A stretch of 64,000 nt of DNA from Candidatus Danuiimicrobium aquiferis (GTDB taxonomy: Bacteria > Omnitrophota > Omnitrophia > Omnitrophales > Danuiimicrobiaceae). The position numbers and the translations under genes are program-made. How positions within the stretch are numbered: position 1 is the stretch's first letter; every line of letters starts with the position of its first letter. Below are positions 58,901 to 64,000 of this stretch, in pieces. The stretch lies in NCBI GenBank assembly GCA_001804285.1, contig MHFR01000051.1, forward strand, positions 46,926 through 110,925. The letters run 5' to 3'. Under the pieces are notes generated by a model that was not told the DNA's origin, made no database searches, and was given only the letters and a program-made list of their open reading frames with translations.

Positions 58901-61900
58901 TTATCGGAACGCAGAATCACGGCATTTTGAATAAGATGTAAATTTGTTAGCGGAGAAATTCCGTCGGTGATTGTTACCGTATTCGCTTTTGCCGAACCGG
59001 TCGAATAGACGGTCAGCCGGTCACCGGCATTGGCTTTTACACCAAGCACCGTGAAACTTCCGTCCGTCGCAGAGCAGCTTGCCGTTGTTACGCTTCCGCC
59101 GTTTACCCGAAGCGAAATATTTTCCGCATTTCCGTCACAAATGCCACCGTTCCCCGACGTTGCGGGCGTTGTTCCATCTTGCAAATAAAAAATGCCTCGT
59201 AGCGTCACCCACCCCCAATTCAAATTGTTGCCACTATCGATCGCGTTGGTATGCTGGACGAATAATCCACTGCGAGCATCACTATCCTGCGCATCCACAT
59301 AATCAATCGCAAACGCTCCCATCGCCGCAAGCAGCCACTGGGCTCCCGGAACATTCGACCGCAAATTAATCCGGTCGTCCGTATCCAAACCATCCAATGT
59401 CAGCGTACCCAAAATCGTTTGCGTGGCAGCATTGTCAAACGTCAATGTCACATCCGTCGAATCATTCGTCGGTTCAATCTTCATTAAATGATTGAATGTA
59501 TTTGTTCCGCTGATCGCTTGATTCGTTCCGTCGAAACGAACGGTTCCGGTATTGTGATCGAAGACAGATGTGCCCGTATGTATCCAGTCGCCGGAAACGG
59601 TAAACCGGTCTCCGTTCGGCGCTGTCATCGTTCCGGTATCGGAAAGCGTAAAGTTACCGTTCACATCCGTATTTCCGGCACCGCCCGTATAAGAGCCGCT
59701 TGAAATTGTAAGGCCGCCGTTAAAGTTTTGTTGTGCGACACCCGCGGTACAAGTTCCGCCGTTAACAGTTGCAAGACCCGTTACGGTTGTAATTTGACCG
59801 TTTGCGTTATACGTTGCCGAAGTGACATTCAGTGTACCGGCAATCGTGAGTGCTCCCCCCGCAATAAATGTCCGCTTTGTCGCATTGATATCATTAATCA
59901 CCAAATTGTAATAATCCGTCGCGCCGAAATCTTTAATCGTCAGATTCCCGGCTGTGTTATCGCCCGCATATGAATAAGTACCGCTATCAATATCATTCGC
60001 CGCCCAGAACAAAGTTTCGTTTCCTGTTAATTTAATGGTTCCTGCAATATTTCCACGGGTCGGCGCACCGGCGCCGGAGCCATCAATCACATTCTTTCCA
60101 TTTAAATCAAAAATACCGTCCGTAACCGTCAGCGTACCGTTCACACCCAAATGATTCGTAATCAATTGCAGTGTCCCGCCTGGCTTGTTCACTGTGAAAT
60201 GCTGGAAGTCGAAAACGTCCGTTGTTCCGCCGGTATTAATAGTAGCCGTGTTAGCTCCGGCAGACGGGTTGTCAAAAAATACGGTACTCTTCGTCAGCGC
60301 CGGATCCGCATTATAAACGCCTGCGCCCGAAGTGAAGGTTCCCGCATTCGTCCAGTTCCCGCCGACATTGATGTTGAATGTACTACCGCCGGTAGACAAT
60401 GTAGAAGCCGCATTAATCGTCACATTTCCTTCAACATCTAAATTGCCACCCAATGTAATCGAGGCTACACCAACGATAATATTTCCAAATGACATCGTTG
60501 CTGCCGCACCTTGTCCATCCAGTGTCGATGACACATAAAATCCAACCGTCGAATTGTTTGTAATCGCATCTACCGTTCCGGCAGTATATGTCCAGTTTTG
60601 TCCGGAAGAAATGGTGCAGTTTGCGGAAGCACAAAGCGTAAGCGTTCCAGCAGTTTTATTGACCTCGATTTTCGGCAAACGGCCCTGACCTGCCGCGCCG
60701 CTGCTGGTTAACGTCTGATTACCGTCTGAACTTGCCCCTTCACCCGCACCTGCGACAATGTTGATCGTCGCCGTCCCACCACCGCCCGCAAACGTATTTG
60801 TCACGGTAATATTCCCTTTGGCATTTATTTCAATGCCGTCCGAATCATTCGTGTTAATGGTCACGCCATTATTTCCGCCAATCGTTAGCGTCCCCGGGAC
60901 CGTTAATACCGTTCCGGAGGCAAATGTAAACGTCCTTGCCGAGGTAAATCCGTTAAACTGAACATCATTCAGCGTTTGGCTCCCTGTAATTGTAGAAGTG
61001 CCCGATAATGCCTGGAACGCAATGGTTGTATTGGCAACGCTGAACGTTCCGCCAACACGTGTAAATGTCCAGCTATTGTTGGAAACGATGTTTCCGGTCA
61101 GCGTCAAATCCCCGGCTGTTTTATTGATCCAAACCTGCGGCAGTCCGCCTTGCGTAATCGTTATATTGCTGGTCAATGTTTGATCTCCCGTGCCGTCAAT
61201 AATCAGCTTTGCCGTCCCACCACTGGCGGCATTGGCGGCCGTATTGGTGTAATTGATAGCAGCTCCGCGCGCATAAAGATTCCCGGTGTTCAGCGTCAGT
61301 GCACCGGCACCGGATAGAGTCAATGTCCCATTCGCGATGACATTCGCACCGAGCAATGTATACGTACGCGCTGCAGCAGCGGTAAATTCCAAATTATTAA
61401 ATGTCAGGTTCCCCGTAATGGTGCACGCAACACTAAAAATCTGGTTTGTCGGCGGATTGGTTAACGTTCCGCCAACCGCATCAAAATTTCCATTCATCGT
61501 AATCGTTCCGGAGCCGTCGCCGCCATTCCATGTACCATTCAAATCAATACCGCCCGTTCCCGTCGTCACATTTCCACCCGGCACAAAGATGTCACCCGCT
61601 TGAATCCAAAGTTCGGTACCCGCCACCGCACTGAGAGTCAACGTATTCGGAGAACCAGAAACCGCATCAAACAACATATTCGTCGTATCATTCCCGTTCG
61701 GGCTCGCGCGGTCATAATCAACTAAATCCGGAATCGCAATTGCCGCCGCCGCACTGTCATTCCGGACAATCACATGCGCGCCCATAATCGCTATGTCTGT
61801 AATATTTGTCGTGCCATCCGTAATAGCAACCGTATTTCCCTTTGTTGCACCGGTCAAATAAAATGTCAGTGTCTGGCCCGCAACCGCGGAAACATTATTA

Positions 61901-64000
61901 AAGTTAAAAGCCCCGACCGCATCCGTTGTCGTGGTGGCAAGCCCCGTTCCGTCAATCCGCATTGCCACCGCGGCGGAGGCAATGGGCGTGACCTCGTCAG
62001 ACGTATAAACCGTTCCCGTGATATTGAATCCCGCAAAGCCCCAGTTAACGTTATTGCCGCCATTCGACGCATTGGAATGTGTCATCACCGTTGCATTAAT
62101 ATTGTTTGAATTGGAAACAGTCACGTAGGAAATATTGCGCTCGCCCTGAGGATCGATCCGCCAGCGGCCGGTGCCGCTTGTCCAGCGGTTCAATACAATG
62201 TTATTGTCTTGCACCCCGTTTATTGTCCACGTTCCGGCAATAATATTCGCGTGCGTAGTGCTCGGCTCGAAAGTGATCGTCTTTCCCGCAGTCGTACATT
62301 TAAAATGATTAAATGTCGTAAATCCCGTCAGCACACTGGCACTTGCGCTGTCAAAGGTTACCGTCCCGGTTGAGGGCGTAAACGTACCGCCGCTGTATGT
62401 CCAATCTTCGGCAACTGTAAACCGCTCGCCGTCCGGAGCAATTAATGTCCCGCTGGTAATCGATACATCCGTTGCATCGATGGTGCCGCCTGTCGCATCA
62501 AGTGTTCCACCGGCAATCGACAATGTCCCGTTCGATGTCAATGTCGCTGTGTTGGTGCTGATATCCAATGTCCCATTCGTCAGGGTCAACGTATTGTTCA
62601 CCGTCAAATTTTGTCCGGCCATCACCTGCCACACCCCCCCCGATCCGCTAAGAGTAAGGTTATTAAATGCCGACGCTCCGGGACTGACGGATTTAGTTGA
62701 AGTGGCCGAAAACACAACGCTCCCTGTATACGAATTGAGCGTAGCAGAGTTGCTCCATCCACCCGCAACCGTAAGGGTTTTAGCATTTACTGAAAAACTG
62801 CCTCCTGACATCGCAAAATCTCCGGAAACAGTTAAGTTCGCCCCAAGAGAGATGGTCCCCCCGAACCCCTCATCTGCGGTAAGGTCCTTAATCGTTGTGG
62901 CAGTAGAATTCATGCTGACAGAGCCTGCCCCTGAGTTCCCATCAAAATATGCTGATTCAGTGCTCGTATCAGGCACGCCGGCTCCGCCCGGGCCGCCTGA
63001 GGTCGATGCCCAATTGTATGAATTCGACCAATTTCCGCCGCTTGGGCTGCCGACCCAATAATAGGTGCCGGAGAAATCCCAATCCGTATTGGTTCCCGCG
63101 TCCGTACTGTTAACCGCCGGCCTTGTAATCTCAGAAATATTATTCGAATCCTTCAGATCAACATATTGAACGTTTGTGTGTGTCGGGTCAACGTTCCATT
63201 GATCGTCGGCACTATTGTCATCGTCGTCTTCACTGCTCCGTACCGATAATAGCGCACCGGCACTTCCGGTCAGGGTCAACGTACCCATAACCGTTTGAGT
63301 CGATCCCTTTTGAAACGTCAGCGTCTTTGCAGACGTAACTGTTTTTGTTAAGTTATAAAATGTATTACTTCCAGAAATGGATTGATCTCCTCCAAGCAAT
63401 AATACGGCACCAGTCGATACCGTAAACGCCCCCCCAGACCTTGACCAATTTCCAGACAATTCGATATTCCTATTATTTTGTGCCAACGACCCACCGTTCA
63501 TTGTAAAGTTTCCCGAAACCGTCATACCAACGCTCAATGATATCTGTCCGGGGTAATCGGCAGTAATCGTAACATTTCTCGCCGTAAGCCAACAATTAGT
63601 CTGCATTGAGCTTGAGCCTGAATTCCCATCGAATACCACATCTGTTCCCGACGTGGGCGCTCCTGCCCCGCCCGGGCCTCCAGAACTGGTTGCCCACGAA
63701 GAGCTATTACACCAACTCGCAGTACCACCCACCCAATAATAAGTCGGAGTATCCGAAATGCTCCAGTTCGTATTCGTTCCCGAATCGGTACTTTGATAAA
63801 CGGTGATTGCGGTTGCATTGGAGTTATTTGAATCCTTCACATCTACATAGGAAATAGTGCGCGTCCCCGAAGGATTAATCGTCCATTGATCGGCAACATC
63901 ATTATCGCCGTCATTTTCACTGCTTCGCAGAGACAATAACGCCCCGGCAGCACCTCGCAAAGTCAATGTGCCAGATATGGTTTGGGTGGAACTCTTCTGA
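52972..64000 (-). CDS. Giant repetitive adhesin (>3675 aa, 5' end outside window): beta-helix modules and Ig/MshQ-like C-terminal domains
   Basis: Frame stays open to 64000; G/T/N/S-rich short repeats (xTVxGxLTIxxGT); recurring GxNxNWxF caps. Confidence 0.9.
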   Translation of the reverse strand, partial: QKSSTQTISGTLTLRGAAGALLSLRSSENDGDNDVADQWTINPSGTRTISYVDVKDSNNSNATAITVYQSTDSGTNTNWSISDTPTYYWVGGTASWCNSSSWATSSGGPGGAGAPTSGTDVVFDGNSGSSSMQTNCWLTARNVTITADYPGQISLSVGMTVSGNFTMNGGSLAQNNRNIELSGNWSRSGGAFTVSTGAVLLLGGDQSISGSNTFYNLTKTVTSAKTLTFQKGSTQTVMGTLTLTGSAGALLSVRSSEDDDDNSADDQWNVDPTHTNVQYVDLKDSNNISEITRPAVNSTDAGTNTDWDFSGTYYWVGSPSGGNWSNSYNWASTSGGPGGAGVPDTSTESAYFDGNSGAGSVSMNSTATTIKDLTADEGFGGTISLGANLTVSGDFAMSGGSFSVNAKTLTVAGGWSNSATLNSYTGSVVFSATSTKSVSPGASAFNNLTLSGSGGVWQVMAGQNLTVNNTLTLTNGTLDISTNTATLTSNGTLSIAGGTLDATGGTIDATDVSITSGTLIAPDGERFTVAEDWTYSGGTFTPSTGTVTFDSASASVLTGFTTFNHFKCTTAGKTITFEPSTTHANIIAGTWTINGVQDNNIVLNRWTSGTGRWRIDPQGERNISYVTVSNSNNINATVMTHSNASNGGNNVNWGFAGFNITGTVYTSDEVTPIASAAVAMRIDGTGLATTTTDAVGAFNFNNVSAVAGQTLTFYLTGATKGNTVAITDGTTNITDIAIMGAHVIVRNDSAAAAIAIPDLVDYDRASPNGNDTTNMLFDAVSGSPNTLTLSAVAGTELWIQAGDIFVPGGNVTTGTGGIDLNGTWNGGDGSGTITMNGNFDAVGGTLTNPPTNQIFSVACTITGNLTFNNLEFTAAAARTYTLLGANVIANGTLTLSGAGALTLNTGNLYARGAAINYTNTAANAASGGTAKLIIDGTGDQTLTSNITITQGGLPQVWINKTAGDLTLTGNIVSNNSWTFTRVGGTFSVANTTIAFQALSGTSTITGSQTLNDVQFNGFTSARTFTFASGTVLTVPGTLTIGGNNGVTINTNDSDGIEINAKGNITVTNTFAGGGGTATINIVAGAGEGASSDGNQTLTSSGAAGQGRLPKIEVNKTAGTLTLCASANCTISSGQNWTYTAGTVDAITNNSTVGFYVSSTLDGQGAAATMSFGNIIVGVASITLGGNLDVEGNVTINAASTLSTGGSTFNINVGGNWTNAGTFTSGAGVYNADPALTKSTVFFDNPSAGANTATINTGGTTDVFDFQHFTVNKPGGTLQLITNHLGVNGTLTVTDGIFDLNGKNVIDGSGAGAPTRGNIAGTIKLTGNETLFWAANDIDSGTYSYAGDNTAGNLTIKDFGATDYYNLVINDINATKRTFIAGGALTIAGTLNVTSATYNANGQITTVTGLATVNGGTCTAGVAQQNFNGGLTISSGSYTGGAGNTDVNGNFTLSDTGTMTAPNGDRFTVSGDWIHTGTSVFDHNTGTVRFDGTNQAISGTNTFNHLMKIEPTNDSTDVTLTFDNAATQTILGTLTLDGLDTDDRINLRSNVPGAQWLLAAMGAFAIDYVDAQDSDARSGLFVQHTNAIDSGNNLNWGWVTLRGIFYLQDGTTPATSGNGGICDGNAENISLRVNGGSVTTASCSATDGSFTVLGVKANAGDRLTVYSTGSAKANTVTITDGISPLTNLHLIQNAVILRSDNGANPVAIPNLIDYDNDQDAVNMLYNADNGIPKILTVENGVKLLINAGSTFSPNGNVIVGTGGLEISGTFAPAGGTLRVDGSFTIKPAASFTADGLNYNIFVAGDWTNQGSFVSGTGVVNFVNPIAGPNTTKIISGGTEDSQDFNTVVINKATGTVQLDTNHLDVDGELTLTAGTLDLNGHNISSATAINNSGNIQLQGSESLSVLLTNHEGSIVTFVGDGDSAATTHILTDIATTFHHLTVNDPSETNQDTFQLGAPLVVAGDLNITAGTLDASENSFQINVGGKWLNAGAFNAQAGKVLLNAQAGQLQLAPGISAFHDLTFDDGGGAAIFILQGPLTVSGDLTITGGTLDAQLDGNFPINVAGNWVNRDVFLPRQNMVTLNGTGQSILGETTFYDLKKNVAVADTLTFEAGKLQIVLHTTDLKGTETGNISLVSSEPETQWKIDPRGTRVVSWISITDSLNVNPAPVITYGQHAIDGGRNMNWKFGVEIVLQGTVYSDAGVTPLAGARVNLADKGAFAYGFGLGNHIVTNQNGQYEMHMFVLAGDLVTVFVEPTCTSCDPFNGNYVPPSNFKKGVLTFVTDAGSKSGMDIYLNHVIIRNEYSSVIPIIDFDRMHQGFNGGEACVPNPNNPAGGCATGTNPTFGQYMGFTPRTTNGQKKLFFGEGLKLFIWPGTVFKASEETEFPDVDMRGTLVGVEGKPMDVTGDFSLANGSTFTHNNAPVHFNGTGTHKIAPKGNVFKDVVFGGGGTYQFDDSSEMTVEGDFAVTSGTFVADDDQNLIVKGDMTIANGASFTPSTGDGKTWVQGNVTITDSNTTKQNLGKLVIGASPETVELGSDILTESVTINETDTLVTNGYDIEITGSDGLTVAGTLDASDAGSENTIITVAGKLEIDPDATFTPGNSTIEVNDSGSVAMTLNGAELYNFTESGTGTVELQDALVVNGDFTNSSTGTFDPNGKDITVSGNWNFATGTFAHTTETVTLTGTAAAELISTGNSFYNLVIEKSGVGDADDVNVSTKNLVVNGTLTILDGELVQEENVELNAYKVVIETDGAWTHAGGSSSDEATITIGEGGLVNAGTVSLNGAGGASGGGDSDVIKIRSTVEGVQRLWSGTGTFACFDVDVKDQKSEKIIDCYSGTNSGNNTNWLFHQSLDHFVVTSTSPGTIASGNTITVRVTPYDNGGVPILATYSGEKSITFSGPTATNGKTPFARDKNGIVVNIGSSTLLDFLCGGGSCKAETDVTLYTAETVSLDASDGTYDSTGSADYDLDLVVGSLTASAIQFSTAPAPASIFAGSVFTTQPVVSILDEAGNAISSDSISRIKLTAVLASDGTTVAPGTLSSSALDEDNTITVTGGVATFSNVSYNEGGVIKLKAELVGNDLIAPVLSSEITVTSTRSEIHFVNVSGIEVSNYSIGDYVYVKVLDADRNRDPLVKDAIKVTVSNPATGDSEEINLLESDVDSGIFINTSSVPYNPFPTVQNRTGHVDNGTLEVSGGGDLVTVTYTDSNDSTDTSTDTVTFGSVSYLIELLTQGLVKAGTPFDVRISAVETGAGGNKAVVSYSGTANLGVQYINPTAGTKQFVPAVVSNFSGGIATASLQYDDAGIIQVLASDSADGVIKGVSGNLTVIPYEYKVVVDEKSFAVGKDFEMTVTAVNQSGEVTSNYDGAADVTVVTEDGGTVENLAVTNLSSISNGTVTLTNRFNAWGEVSLKVIDTQYPELLFGTSESVSFVASKFQIELSKPADASRAQADLYTYYDGEKFTATVSAFDFNNQAITNYAGKIGLSSGVELGLPEEYEFTGSDQGIHVFNIIGPGDLPEFSITAEDADAEGESSPKAEVVKATIVIESSYGALNEPVKVTIKVVDSKGQVIKTDSTRVTVQYYLPEGKPVGQTGDSLLPSLTLPKQTEFVMKNGVCTFEMKSSAVETIYVGAAVMPESAVTVSEKRGVINFGSVGSRNLRIVTWKEMPAEMKPPEKK

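Noticed and set aside
53230-63818. Many antisense ORFs within the giant gene and other CDSs
   Set aside because: Shadow frames from codon bias, with no motifs or RBS.
1-64000. CRISPR array, diversity-generating retroelement, shufflon, prophage or integron
   Set aside because: No regularly spaced direct repeats and no cas, reverse transcriptase, recombinase, integrase or phage genes. Pilin paralogs differ at all base types rather than only at adenines.

Overview
Bacterial chromosomal segment from a diderm; gene content resembles the PVC group, possibly Omnitrophota/OP3 (inference only). From left to right: (1) a surface-glycan locus (GT2s, a GT-C/PMT-like transferase, GDP-6-deoxyhexose, UDP-xylose, rmlABD, ugd) at the end of a long minus-strand run accD-ABC ATPase-2x diguanylate cyclase-lptD; (2) rpoN, then an array of four type IV pilins, PilV/PilW-like pilins, a ~1040-aa PilX-like protein and another pilin, ending at tRNA-Thr(CGT); (3) housekeeping genes thiD, metWXY, pncAB, GT2, lpxL-like, a degenerate M48 lipoprotein, tRNA-Arg(TCG), a DUF2934 protein and a ROK kinase; (4) a type IV filament/T2SS-like machine operon (PilB/GspE, MerR HTH, ParA, PilM/N/O, TPR-tailed secretin, PilC, pilins) directly downstream of a giant (>3675 aa, truncated by the window edge) repetitive adhesin that ends in a PilY1/PilC-like RIVTWKE strand. 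Intergenic DNA, and one CDS, carry several families of short palindromic repeats and MITEs nested inside one another. Best candidate for a new system: a giant-adhesin-tipped type IV filament with its own MerR/ParA module, plus a mosaic pilin array. No CRISPR array, integrase, transposase or reverse transcriptase was seen.
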